A DNA stretch of 64,000 nucleotides from a virus, in IMG/VR virus record IMGVR_UViG_3300046170_000347, positions 5,400-69,399 of that record; one strand, 5' to 3'. Each line of letters starts with the position of its first letter. The first letter of the stretch is position 1. The position numbers and the translations under genes are program-made. The notes beneath the pieces were generated by a model that did no database searches, had not been told where the DNA came from, and saw only the letters and a list, made by a program, of their open reading frames with translations. Shown in pieces: positions 25,501 to 35,306 of the stretch.

Positions 25501-28500
25501 CAAAGTTTTGTTTAGAACTAGGCTTGTTTTCAAATTCTTTTTTAAATATTCTTCTAGCGGCAATATCAAGCATTTCTATATCAATTGGTCGACCTGGCAC
25601 TTCAACTAAAATTTTACTTTTCGTAATAGCCGCGGTGTAATCAAAATCAAATACTCTAATTTTCCTTTCTTTCTTAGGCACAGGCTTACCGTTCTCAATA
25701 TTTAAAGATCTTGATAATTCTAACGCTGCATCAGCTCCTCTTAAATTCTCAACAACAGCTTCATTTGTAGCAGCTTTATCAAATCTAAAAGAACTAGAAG
25801 CTAGGTCATTCATTTTTTCTGCACTCTTAGCTTTTGGATCTACAACTCTTTGTAGCTCTTGATAGTCTTTTTTAGCTCTTTCTCTTGTTATTTCTCCTGT
25901 TAAAACTTTTGTTATTAATTCATTAACAACTTTAGAGTTTTCTAATATCTCAAAAGGTGTTGTTACTTTTTTAGATTTACCTACAAAAAACTCACCGATG
26001 GATTTTTGTGTTTCAGTAAACGCATAAGCAAAAGGATCAATAGTATTTTCAATAGTATACCTAATAAGAGACGCTGTGCCTTGTGGTAAAAAATCTAACT
26101 TACCTTCTCTTACGGCTTTAAGAACTTTATCATAGTATTCAGGAGGTAAATTTTTATCAAGAAAAACAGATAAAGCTTTATCGTCGTTATATCTTAAAGC
26201 TCCTTGACCATATATAGCTTTTATATCTTTAAACTCTTCTTTGACAGTTCCTCTTTTGGCTGCTTCTAAAAGCATTAATCCTATTTTATTAACAGGAGCC
26301 ATATGCTCTTCTTTTACTTTAACAGAAACTGCCTTGCCAGTTAAAGGATTTATAGGATAAAAAACAAGTGCTGCTCCAAATCTATTTAAATGACCTTGAC
26401 CTTTTGCGCTGTCTCTTAAAAACTGTTCAAATATTCTATACTTGCCTTTACCTTCTTTTGTTTTTAGAAACTCTTGTACTTTTAAATAAAAATTTTCTAT
26501 TTCATCTAATCTAAACTTATTGTTTCTAAGAATACTACCATCTCTTAAACCTTTATTGACTTTACCAGCTAAAAACATTTCAGTGGCGGCATATGTAAAT
26601 CTAGTTGCTTTATTATCTCTATTGCTTTTTCCAAACAAGCTTTCAAAATTTGGAATATCTCTAAAAGTTAAATCTCTTCCACCTGTCATGCTTTGCTCTA
26701 CATATCTTTTACCTTCAGGGTAGAATTCAAAAAATGATTTAAAATCTTTTACAGCCGCTTTGTACTCAGGAGATTTTGTATCTATAATAGTATAACCTTT
26801 TAATGCACCTGTTTTTTTAGACTTTTCAAAAATTTTATCTCTAACAAAAGATGGTTGAGTATATTTTAACTCTTCGCGCTCTTTACCTGTTGTAATCTTA
26901 GGCACTTTTTTATCTTCACTAAACTTAGCGCCTAGTTTTGCTCTTTGACCTGCATCACCTTTTAAGTATTCTAAAGCATTGTTTTTAAAATAAGAGGCTA
27001 ATACTACTTTTAGTGGTTGAGATCTTCTATATAAAGGCACTGGCCTACCGTTTTCAAGTGGATTAAACTCTATAGACTTACCGTCATAACCTTCTACTGT
27101 TATATTTTTACCTGAAATTATATCTCTAAGTGTTTTTAAAGATCCAGGTTTTAAATCGCCTTTGTCATTTAATAAAGCTTTACCTACTTTTGTTTGCTTA
27201 AATCCAGGTGTATTAATTCTAGAGTGTATAGCTTGTAGATTGTCTAATATAAATTGCTTAGCTCTAGTCGCTGCAGCTTTTTCACCAGCAGGAAAATTCC
27301 TATTAGGTATCATTAAAGCTTTTATACCAGCCTCAGACTCAATACCGAGCATCTTAGCATAAAACTCTGCTAATGATCTAGGTGTTTTTAAGTCTTTATA
27401 TTTATTAATATCTACATCTTTAAAGCTGTCTAGTACTTGAGTTTTTAAAGCCTCTTGTATTGCTTGCTCAGGTGTCTGGCCTTCTTTTACTTCAATGCCT
27501 AGGTTTTCTACAAACTCAGGTTTCATTTTAACTTCAGAGGGCAATCGCTTAGTTGCAGTTACTTTTTCTTCTTCTTTAATTGTTTCCTCAACAGCGACAT
27601 CTTTTAGACCAACTAAATCATCTACAGAAGTATCAAACTCTTTACCTAAATTTCTATCAGCTATTTCTATATATCTTTTAAATCCAGTTTTAGTAGAAAA
27701 ACTATTATTTAAAAACAAAGATAATTCTTTTACTTTTTCACCCTTTTCAACTTTAGCAGCATAGTCATTAATAACGTCTAGCATACCTCTTTTGCCTGTC
27801 ATTATTTCGTCGACAAGTAATTCCTCATCATATCGTGGTCGGTTTTTAAATCTTCTTGCCAAAGATGTAGCTGTAGGTCTTAACAATTCTAGTATTTCAA
27901 AACTTGCGTCTTTACCTTTTTCAGCAAATAATCTATTAACGGTGTTTGAATCTTTTTTAGCTAAACTAAACCTTCCTGATGGAGTAGCTAATTCTAAGTT
28001 TTCTGCAGTTGTTTCAACTTCAACTTTTTTAGGTGTTTCTTTTATTTCAACCCTGCCAAGATCTTGGGCTTTGAGCATTTCAAAAATACCTTTACCTGTT
28101 TCAGGATTTACTTCTATATTGGGTAAGAAGCTTTTAAACGCAGGTACTAAACCAGCTAAGCCTTCACCGAAACTTCTGCTAAATTCTATTTCACCTCTTT
28201 TAATAAGCTCAGCTAGTACAGTTATGTTTTCTTCGTACCATTTTTCTTTAGATTGACCTACGTCATATCTAGAGGCTAACTCTTCGTCTAATACTTGTTT
28301 TTGTCTTGGTGTAAGTTTACCTAATACTCCATCGATCATTTCTATACCTTCAGGTGTTACATTGCCTTCAGCGTCTTTAAAAGAATCTTTTAATATTGAG
28401 TGAGGTATTTCATGAGTAACTGGTGTAAAGTTTCTTTGTTGTAAAGCAAACTCCCTATTAATAACTTTATTACCGTCTTTATCTGTAAAAGCTATTTTAC

Positions 28501-31500
28501 CTTTGACATCTTCTTTTTTAAATCCAGACTCATCATAGCGTTTTTGAAACTCTTCTGGTGTTCTAGCTTCAACTACTTTACCTTCAGAAGGATCTGCTTG
28601 CTTCACATCTTTCTCATAAGCCGTAATAGCAGCACCTTGTATTTCTGACTGTATGTTATTATACAGTTCACCGCCTTTTATATACTTACTTAGCTCTTGC
28701 TCGGCGCTTTTTATAGCTTCTTTGTTTTCAAGAAGTTCAGATTCTGATAAATTAGTTTTATCTAAATTTTTTAATCTATAAATTCTTTCGTTAAGCTCTT
28801 GTTTTTTTAATAAAAACTCTCTAGCGTTTTGTCTAGCAGTTGTTCCTTTTGGTGATACAAACTCTACAGGATTCAAGGGTTGTAGACCATACGGTGTTAA
28901 CATAAAAGACTTACCATTTAGTTGAGCTTCTATTAAAGATTCGTTTAATATTAAATTTTGTAAATAAGAATCATTGACAGAATTTTTTTGTATACCTAAT
29001 CTTTTATAAAGCATGCCCACGCCATCTAGCCCATAGTAAGACAATACTTCTCCATCTCTATCGTTTAGTTTTTCTCCGTTTTTTATTTTTTGAGATACTA
29101 AATAAAACTCAGATTCTCTTGGAGCATTGCCTGCATTTTTCTCTGCTTGAATTAGTTCATAAGCAGCATTGACAGCTATTTGAGTATCAACTACTCTGTA
29201 ATCTTCTTTTAACCTTTTAAATTCAGCGTCAGCCTCTTGTTTAGTTATCTTACCTTCTCTTTTTCTTTTTAGTAGATCGTTTACTTTATTTTCAAAAGCG
29301 TCATTAAGTTCTGCCTGCGCATTTTCTTGATCAACTTCAAATCCTTCTTTTTCTAATAATCCACCTTCTTTTACTTTCACGCCTAATCTTTGAGCAGATT
29401 CTTTAGCTTCTAAATCTAATCTACCGCTAGTTTTAGCATTTATAACATCGCTTTTAAATTCTTTGCCAATGCTGCGCATGTTAGGAACAGACTTAGTTAA
29501 AGTCCCAGCTATAATCATTTTTATAGTTTCTACAGCTTGAGTATGCAATGAAACAGTTAAATTACCTTGCTCGTCAAATAAACCTCCGGCAGCTACAGCG
29601 CTTCCAAACTGATATGTTGTTGCACCACCAAATGCACTACCAACAGATCTTGAAACTCTTCTATAAGTGTTAGGAGCGTATTTTGTTAAAGCATTTACAA
29701 CTGGAGAGAAGATTCTACCTATTTTAGATTTACCTAAAAATTTAACAAAAGGATCATACATAGCATGACCTACGGCTAATGAAGATCCAAAACCTGCTGA
29801 ACTAGGTAAAGATTCTAAGTCAAAATCTCCTGTTCTATATTGGCCAACTATGCTACCACCAGTAAAAGTTACGGCTTGACCAAGAACTGAGTTTACTGTT
29901 TTAAAAGCAGGTAGCGCGTATGGTATTTTTGAAAATCTTTTACTTTGAGTAGCTAGTTTATTTGCCCATTTTTGTGTTTTACCTACAATATTACCACTAC
30001 CTCTAGTGAATAAATATACATCACCCATCCAAGCTAATAGATCTGGTGCAGTAGCACCAATTTCTTGACCTGTGTTTTCTGGTGATATAAAACCACCTCC
30101 CGGTATTTGTATAGCTAAAGAGTTATCTAGAGCTTCTTTGCTTGGAGTAAAACCATTAGTTTGCATCCAATTTAAATAATTATCTTTAACTTGTCTATCT
30201 GTAGGAGCCGCGTCACCGCCTAATAAATTAACCGTAGCAGCGTAAAATTCATCAGTAAAACCTCCTTGTTCTGTTGTTAAAGGATCTCTATCTAGCTGAA
30301 AAGCTCTGTTTACTATTTTATAATTTTCTACAGCGTCATTAAAAGCTTTTATAAGAGGATGACCATCTTCGTCGTTTATAGCTCTAACGTCTAATTTTTC
30401 TAAATAACCAGGTAGTCTACCATTTAAAGCTATTTCCTCTACTAAGCTAGATATATCTTTAGTCCATTCAAATCCTTTTTGACCTTTATAACCTCCATTT
30501 TTACTAAAAAAACTAGGATCATTTGCGGCGCCACTGTTTGCTTTATCCCAGTTATATATTTCTTGAGCTAATCCAACAATTTTAAAATAATCATTATTTA
30601 GTTTTTGCTTTAAAACATCTTTTTCTGTTGTATCCGCTAATTTTTTAGCTTTTTGAAAAAGTTCTATTTCAGATTCTTGTACTTTATCGAGGTCTATGTT
30701 TTTTATCTCATCTCCAAAAAATAATCTTTCGCCATAATTTTCTTTAGAAGCCTCTTTGTCTTGCTCTTCCGGGCTTAATTCTAAAAACTTTAATTCATTT
30801 TTAGTAAGAAACTGCTTGCCATCTTTTAAAACATCGTCAATACTTACGTCATTAAATTGTAAATTAGCTTGAGATCCTAAGTAATCAGTTCTATAATTTT
30901 GCACACTAGGAATACTTATAGCCTTAGATCTATCGTTTCTTTCTTTTTCAGCTTCTCTAGTACTTTTAATTGTAGGAAAATAACTACTTCCTACAGAGTT
31001 ACCGTATTCATCTAAAGACGCTTGTATAGCAAGTTCATTGTTTGTTTCCCATACTTGATTGCCTAGTTGATTGTTTAATTCTACAGGATCATATTTTTGA
31101 ATTAAAACCTCATCTAAAACAGTAGTAGTTCCTTCCATTGGCATAGAACTATAATTTATTATCTCAGCGTTAGGATTTGATTTAACATAATCAGCAACCG
31201 TTGAAACGTTTTCAAAGCCAGGTTGATTACTGTCAATCATTTGTTGAATTTGATTAAAAGTAAATTCTTTTGAAGATCCTTCTTTAAACCTTGTTCCTTT
31301 TGGAGGTTGAATTAAAACTCTAGTATCATATTTAATTTCTCCACTTTTTATTGCTTTAATGCCTTCTTCCTGCGATTGTTTTTTAGATTCAAAATCTTTT
31401 TTAAGTTTATTGTATTCTGCCTTTTTATTTTCGTAATCTTCTAAAGATAAACCGCCTCTAAACAAGTCATCAGATATGTTTCTACCTATGTCATCTAAGC

Positions 31501-31771
31501 TTTGGTTATAAGGATTTGTAAATGGCAATACTGATCCGCCAATTCCAAATTCGCCAATCCCGCTTAAAGCTGCTTGCACGTTTGGTGTTGCCGTTGCTAC
31601 AGTCGTGCTCTCCTCTGTAACAACAGGCGGCTTTCCCTCTTCTACTACTTCAACAGTTTCAGACTTGGGCGCGTGTGTTTGTTTCCACTCATTAGCTCTT
31701 GCTATTTTCTCATCGCGAGTTAAACTTTGTGGAAGTTCAGCTATGTATTCTTCTAATGTAATATGACTCAT
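22577..31771 (-). CDS. Giant 3064-aa putative internal/ejected polyvalent protein (zincin, sigma-region-2-like, HAD domains)
   Basis: Follows tail genes; HEIPH ~aa1120; HAD motifs FDFDYT/ILTAR/K/FADD ~aa2040-2235; duplicated C-terminal GLTKK repeat. Confidence 0.8.
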   Translation of the reverse strand: MSHITLEEYIAELPQSLTRDEKIARANEWKQTHAPKSETVEVVEEGKPPVVTEESTTVATATPNVQAALSGIGEFGIGGSVLPFTNPYNQSLDDIGRNISDDLFRGGLSLEDYENKKAEYNKLKKDFESKKQSQEEGIKAIKSGEIKYDTRVLIQPPKGTRFKEGSSKEFTFNQIQQMIDSNQPGFENVSTVADYVKSNPNAEIINYSSMPMEGTTTVLDEVLIQKYDPVELNNQLGNQVWETNNELAIQASLDEYGNSVGSSYFPTIKSTREAEKERNDRSKAISIPSVQNYRTDYLGSQANLQFNDVSIDDVLKDGKQFLTKNELKFLELSPEEQDKEASKENYGERLFFGDEIKNIDLDKVQESEIELFQKAKKLADTTEKDVLKQKLNNDYFKIVGLAQEIYNWDKANSGAANDPSFFSKNGGYKGQKGFEWTKDISSLVEEIALNGRLPGYLEKLDVRAINDEDGHPLIKAFNDAVENYKIVNRAFQLDRDPLTTEQGGFTDEFYAATVNLLGGDAAPTDRQVKDNYLNWMQTNGFTPSKEALDNSLAIQIPGGGFISPENTGQEIGATAPDLLAWMGDVYLFTRGSGNIVGKTQKWANKLATQSKRFSKIPYALPAFKTVNSVLGQAVTFTGGSIVGQYRTGDFDLESLPSSAGFGSSLAVGHAMYDPFVKFLGKSKIGRIFSPVVNALTKYAPNTYRRVSRSVGSAFGGATTYQFGSAVAAGGLFDEQGNLTVSLHTQAVETIKMIIAGTLTKSVPNMRSIGKEFKSDVINAKTSGRLDLEAKESAQRLGVKVKEGGLLEKEGFEVDQENAQAELNDAFENKVNDLLKRKREGKITKQEADAEFKRLKEDYRVVDTQIAVNAAYELIQAEKNAGNAPRESEFYLVSQKIKNGEKLNDRDGEVLSYYGLDGVGMLYKRLGIQKNSVNDSYLQNLILNESLIEAQLNGKSFMLTPYGLQPLNPVEFVSPKGTTARQNAREFLLKKQELNERIYRLKNLDKTNLSESELLENKEAIKSAEQELSKYIKGGELYNNIQSEIQGAAITAYEKDVKQADPSEGKVVEARTPEEFQKRYDESGFKKEDVKGKIAFTDKDGNKVINREFALQQRNFTPVTHEIPHSILKDSFKDAEGNVTPEGIEMIDGVLGKLTPRQKQVLDEELASRYDVGQSKEKWYEENITVLAELIKRGEIEFSRSFGEGLAGLVPAFKSFLPNIEVNPETGKGIFEMLKAQDLGRVEIKETPKKVEVETTAENLELATPSGRFSLAKKDSNTVNRLFAEKGKDASFEILELLRPTATSLARRFKNRPRYDEELLVDEIMTGKRGMLDVINDYAAKVEKGEKVKELSLFLNNSFSTKTGFKRYIEIADRNLGKEFDTSVDDLVGLKDVAVEETIKEEEKVTATKRLPSEVKMKPEFVENLGIEVKEGQTPEQAIQEALKTQVLDSFKDVDINKYKDLKTPRSLAEFYAKMLGIESEAGIKALMIPNRNFPAGEKAAATRAKQFILDNLQAIHSRINTPGFKQTKVGKALLNDKGDLKPGSLKTLRDIISGKNITVEGYDGKSIEFNPLENGRPVPLYRRSQPLKVVLASYFKNNALEYLKGDAGQRAKLGAKFSEDKKVPKITTGKEREELKYTQPSFVRDKIFEKSKKTGALKGYTIIDTKSPEYKAAVKDFKSFFEFYPEGKRYVEQSMTGGRDLTFRDIPNFESLFGKSNRDNKATRFTYAATEMFLAGKVNKGLRDGSILRNNKFRLDEIENFYLKVQEFLKTKEGKGKYRIFEQFLRDSAKGQGHLNRFGAALVFYPINPLTGKAVSVKVKEEHMAPVNKIGLMLLEAAKRGTVKEEFKDIKAIYGQGALRYNDDKALSVFLDKNLPPEYYDKVLKAVREGKLDFLPQGTASLIRYTIENTIDPFAYAFTETQKSIGEFFVGKSKKVTTPFEILENSKVVNELITKVLTGEITRERAKKDYQELQRVVDPKAKSAEKMNDLASSSFRFDKAATNEAVVENLRGADAALELSRSLNIENGKPVPKKERKIRVFDFDYTAAITKSKILVEVPGRPIDIEMLDIAARRIFKKEFENKPSSKQNFENLNEEQQARVLKDFPSGKTFKIDAAEFAEKSAQLEQEGAKFDFSDFSKVVDGKKGPLFDVMKRIAEKRGTEDLFILTARPQDAAGPIKEFMKALGIDIPLKNITGLADGKASAKGRWIMDKVSEGYNDFYFADDALKNVEAVKEILDQADVKGKVQQAKFSNAKTFNTITNEMIEASSGIEAYKTFSAAKAKTLGQNKGRFDWLTMASSAEDFKGLLYKMIGKGKQGEAHFEFLKNNLIDPYNRAEDSAIQAKISAANDFMALKSMYKTIPTTLKKETGVGKFTYQHALRTYMWTKQGMSIPGLSKADAAKLNKFVTDSAELQTFADQLIVSQKGKMYPEPGKDWLAGNLTTDIIGGINKVNRAEYQKTFRENVDIIFSPENLNKMEAAYGTRWRKALEDTLRRMKSGSNRPIGGSEITNKVLDWTNNSVGAVMFLNTRSALLQTISAVNFLNWGDNNPIAAGKAFANQKQFWGDFMKLMNSDYLVQRRNGLKINVSESEIADAVKDSKNKVNAAISYLLSKGFVLTRYADSFAIASGGSTFYRNRIKKYVKEGMSTELAEQQAFADFKDVAEESQQSSDASKISMQQASGAGRVILNWANTPMQYVRIQKRAAQDLINGRGDWKTNVSKIAYYGAIQNLIFNSLQQALFAIGFGSDEDEKDPKIKARNEKKITRVANGMIDSQLKGLGIAGNAMVAAKNTVLKIIEESGKKRPEYEKAAIEALSFSPAISSKYRKIVGGLKSFSWNAKEMKEKGFSLDNPAYLAGAQIFTAFTNIPLDRVVKKTNNIRGILSEQTAEWQKISLAAGYGTYDIGLPYYGGWDAVADPTPAEIEQKKFDTMKKDTKTQEQIDMLLDLGLTKKQIKALGKEDARVKKIIELQSGIPMRPTEESEETKTKPTTETKPTPQPKPPLKPKAATETAEQKLRRQFDSIKAENKPDQVKTLTKFGLTKKEIRDLRYEKNRVEKILELMNN

Positions 31772-31782
31772 TTAATTAAATT

Positions 31783-32880
31783 TTATAAGTTATTATCAGC
31801 AATAAACTTTTGGGCTTGAGCTTTTTTAGCTTCTGCTAAATCAAATACAGCAGCGTCTTCTTTTACTGTAGGAAATTTGTTTGTAATAAACTGCTTTATG
31901 TAGTTGTTCATAAAATATTCTTTATATTTACTTTCAAATAATATTTTATTGTCTTGCGATAGTGGCAAGTCTTTTTCATAACTCCAAGCTTTAGATCCAG
32001 CATTAGCATTTTGAACCATTTGATCATCTTCCTCTACACTAGTACCTTGAGCTATATAAACGTTCCAAGCAGCTACAGCCTCTTGCTCTTGGGATAGTAA
32101 GCCTGATACTTCTGCGTTTATAAAAGGATCAGCTTTTTTTCTTATTTTGTCTAGATCAAATTTTAAAATATTCCTACCTTTACCACCACCTATATCTATT
32201 ATTTCATAATCAAACGTACCGTCTTGGTTTTTTAAAATAAACTCATCTTGTATCATGGCCATAGGTGATAAGTTACCATCTTTTAATATATCTTTAGCTG
32301 CAAACAAACCTACCTTAGTAAGCAAAGCTAGCATGCCTTTGTTGATATCTGGTGTAGAAGCTATAAAAGCGCTACCAGCTTGCAGTATAGCACTTAAAGC
32401 CGTGTTGTTAACTACAAAAGGTTTTTCCAGCATTGGTCCTTCAAAAACAATAGTTTGACTACCGTCTACATTCAAGTAAAGATTTAAGTTGTAACCATCT
32501 GTTTTAGAGAATCCAGGCTTAGCAGTGATAATAGAATTTGCTACTATGTATTGGTAATTATTGTTAACGTCGTAGTTAGGAGTTTCTGTTACAGAAAGCT
32601 CACCAATCAAGTCTTCTATAAAAGTTATTGAAGTAGTAGGTGCATCATCTAACTGTTTTAACATTTTCTTTTCAGCAACACAGCCAGGCTCAGAACACTT
32701 GTTATTTTGTATAGCTATTTTTAAGTCAGCATATATTTTAACGGTATCTTGATAAGCATTATCTAATATTTTAAAATCATAGTTAGAGGCTACACCTATA
32801 AATCTTTTGTCGTAGGCTATAGCGTTACTTTCATTAAACTGCTTTATAGCAAGATTATTTAATATGTTTTTATCTTCCAT
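31783..32880 (-). CDS. Hypothetical, probable internal virion protein
   Basis: Long ORF between pilot-like gene and giant gene. Confidence 0.65.
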   Translation of the reverse strand: MEDKNILNNLAIKQFNESNAIAYDKRFIGVASNYDFKILDNAYQDTVKIYADLKIAIQNNKCSEPGCVAEKKMLKQLDDAPTTSITFIEDLIGELSVTETPNYDVNNNYQYIVANSIITAKPGFSKTDGYNLNLYLNVDGSQTIVFEGPMLEKPFVVNNTALSAILQAGSAFIASTPDINKGMLALLTKVGLFAAKDILKDGNLSPMAMIQDEFILKNQDGTFDYEIIDIGGGKGRNILKFDLDKIRKKADPFINAEVSGLLSQEQEAVAAWNVYIAQGTSVEEDDQMVQNANAGSKAWSYEKDLPLSQDNKILFESKYKEYFMNNYIKQFITNKFPTVKEDAAVFDLAEAKKAQAQKFIADNNL

Positions 32881-32888
32881 AATTATCC

Positions 32889-33557
32889 TTATTTACCAAA
32901 AAGCCCCCCTGCTATTTGTCCTATACTACCTATAGCACCTGTTATAGCAGCTGTTGAATCAGCAGCAGCCATACCGGCAGCGGCTCTAGCAGCTTGCATC
33001 TCAGAGTATGTTCTATCTATTTGCCCTTGCTCTCTACCTTCTCTTACACCAAACATAAATTGAGCACCAGAAACATCTGCTTGTTGCAGTCTTTGCTGTT
33101 CTGACATTAACCTCATTTGCTGTTGATTTTCACCCTCTGCTCTCATTTTTTCATTTTGAACTTCTTGTTGTTCTATAGAAGCAGCTACGCTTTGTTTGCT
33201 TTTTAGCGCTGCATTAGCTAAGGCAGTAGCGCCTCCTGCTGAAGCACCAGTAGATCTTATTGTATCTAATGTGTTTGCTAAAGAAACATCAGCCTCTTCT
33301 ATTTGCATTTCAGCAGCTTTAGTCGCTACGCTTAGTTGACTAAAAGGATTTGTTATCATAGAAGATAGATCCGCCACTGCTGCGTAAGGATCTATTATAT
33401 CTTGTCTGTTAGCTTCTAAAGAGTTTAATTTTTTTTGTAATTTTTTAGCTCTAGCCGCAGCCGCTCTTTGAGCTGCTTTTGCTGCGCTTGAACCAAAAAT
33501 ACCCCCTATAATACTTGAAGCACCTCCTATAACTGCTGCTGCTACTGGTAAAGGCAT
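32889..33557 (-). CDS. DNA ejection/pilot-like protein
   Basis: Gly/Ala hydrophobic termini with Gln/Ala-rich helical core. Confidence 0.7.
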   Translation of the reverse strand: MPLPVAAAVIGGASSIIGGIFGSSAAKAAQRAAAARAKKLQKKLNSLEANRQDIIDPYAAVADLSSMITNPFSQLSVATKAAEMQIEEADVSLANTLDTIRSTGASAGGATALANAALKSKQSVAASIEQQEVQNEKMRAEGENQQQMRLMSEQQRLQQADVSGAQFMFGVREGREQGQIDRTYSEMQAARAAAGMAAADSTAAITGAIGSIGQIAGGLFGK

Positions 33558-33575
33558 AATTTTATTTTTTTATTA

Positions 33576-35273
33576 TTAATATCCATTGTTCATAGTGTAT
33601 TCTGTTCCTACTTGAAACAATTGTTTTTCACCTCCAAGATCTGTAGAAGAATCAGTTGACATAGTTACTACTGCGTAAAATCCTTTTACACCTGTCATTT
33701 CACGTCCAAAGTGAACTTCATATTCAGCAGGAGAGCTATTGTTTATGAGATTTGCATAATATTTATTTTCTTTACGATAAAATCCAGCTCTAAAGATATT
33801 ACCAACTAAAGTGTTAGGATACGTTTGTCCACTAGAGTCGTAAGCACCTTCTTCATAGCTATAAACTTTGTTTGTATTATCTCTAGAAGAAGAATAATCA
33901 AAACCATTATTAAGTGTATTTCTGCCAGTCGGGTCTGAAACAAAAGAGTCTACAAGCCAACCATTAAATCCTTCGTATTCTATAGTTTTAAACGTTTTAC
34001 TTAAATCAGGATTATCATTAAAAACAAAAGTAACTGAAGAAGGATAATTAGTACCGTAAAAATTATTTCTTAAATTAGATATAAACTGTAAAGAAACATT
34101 GTCTTGCAAGGTGTTTGGTTTTGAAAGTATTAATTCTACATAAGTAGGTTGATTATTTATAGATAAAACTACAGTACCAGGCGCTATATTAAGACCTTTA
34201 ACTAGATTACCTAGAGTAATATTACCAACAACATTGTCTACTCTTATTTGAACAGAATTAGAAACAGCGCCTTGCAGTGTTGCTTGAGAGTCTCTGTTTT
34301 CCTGGTTATGATGAAGCCACAAACTACCATTGTTAGTTGTATACATTTGGTTTCTTATACTAACTATTTGACTTGGATTATAATCAAAAAAGCTTGTCCA
34401 ACCGTTTATTCTTTCGTCAAAAGCAAGAGTGTTATATTGAGCTTGTTCATTTGTAGATGTTAAAGTAATATTTCTTTTTGTGTTTATAATATATTGACTC
34501 GTATATATATCCCATCCACCTAAAATAACACCGGGTTTAGAAGCAACTTTTATTCTATTTATTTCATCTCTAAAATAATCCTTCATACCAATAGATGATA
34601 TTTCATCAATGCCGCTTCTTGAAAGTCTAAGTATAGCGTTTTTATTTGCGTCTGCAAAATATTTATTGTAACCATAAATAGCAAAACTTTCTGGATTAGT
34701 TCCAATCCCATATTCACCTAGGTAAGGCTGAATAGCACCTATAACTAAATTAGAAGACGTAACCGTACCACCCCCTTCTGCTGAATATATAGCGTCTTTA
34801 TCTATTAAAGCTCTACTTACTTTTAACTCTTGAAATATATTTAAATTAGTATCTTCAGCATAAAGCTTTTGTATTGATCCATTTGCAGGATCTAAACTTT
34901 TAGTTATATCTTCACCAACACTAAATACATTTGTATTATTTATACCAGTTCTTGAGTTAAATATACCAGAATATATTAAAGTGTTTATTCTTTTAGACTG
35001 GTTTGGATCATCTTCTACTAAATAAGCTTTAGCGCCATAGTCTGTTGAGGTATTGTTGTAGCCGCCTCTAATTCTAGCTTCTTCTATGCACCAATTACCA
35101 TCAGAAGCATTGTTTGCTTGTTGAGGAGAAGTTCTAGGATAACCACCTATAGCACTAGGTATGCCAAAAGAACCATTCCACATAGGTGTGTCTGGATCAG
35201 CAGAACTACTATCAGAGTTTGTCTTTTTAAGAATAAAAGTATTAAAATATTTCACTTCTATTATCGCCGCCAT
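33576..35273 (-). CDS. Tail stabilization/nozzle protein (C-terminal-type subunit)
   Basis: YGIGTNPESFA, GWTSFFDY, KTFKTIEYEG, RKENKYYA motifs of crAss-like tail proteins. Confidence 0.75.
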   Translation of the reverse strand: MAAIIEVKYFNTFILKKTNSDSSSADPDTPMWNGSFGIPSAIGGYPRTSPQQANNASDGNWCIEEARIRGGYNNTSTDYGAKAYLVEDDPNQSKRINTLIYSGIFNSRTGINNTNVFSVGEDITKSLDPANGSIQKLYAEDTNLNIFQELKVSRALIDKDAIYSAEGGGTVTSSNLVIGAIQPYLGEYGIGTNPESFAIYGYNKYFADANKNAILRLSRSGIDEISSIGMKDYFRDEINRIKVASKPGVILGGWDIYTSQYIINTKRNITLTSTNEQAQYNTLAFDERINGWTSFFDYNPSQIVSIRNQMYTTNNGSLWLHHNQENRDSQATLQGAVSNSVQIRVDNVVGNITLGNLVKGLNIAPGTVVLSINNQPTYVELILSKPNTLQDNVSLQFISNLRNNFYGTNYPSSVTFVFNDNPDLSKTFKTIEYEGFNGWLVDSFVSDPTGRNTLNNGFDYSSSRDNTNKVYSYEEGAYDSSGQTYPNTLVGNIFRAGFYRKENKYYANLINNSSPAEYEVHFGREMTGVKGFYAVVTMSTDSSTDLGGEKQLFQVGTEYTMNNGY

Positions 35274-35275
35274 AG

Positions 35276-35306
35276 TTTATTATTACTTGTTTTTTTTATA
35301 ATTTAA
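35276..35306 (-). promoter_or_regulatory. Class II promoter candidate
   Basis: TTAAAT-N14-GTAATAATA on minus strand. Confidence 0.45.

Noticed and set aside
25635-25655. DFDY as crAss-type virion RNA polymerase catalytic motif (DxDxD)
   Set aside because: Third Asp missing; DxDxT plus downstream TAR, K and DD motifs indicate a HAD domain.
26290-26325. EEHMAP as an HNH-like nuclease motif in the giant protein
   Set aside because: Too short, and no clear downstream N/H residues by eye; needs a profile search.
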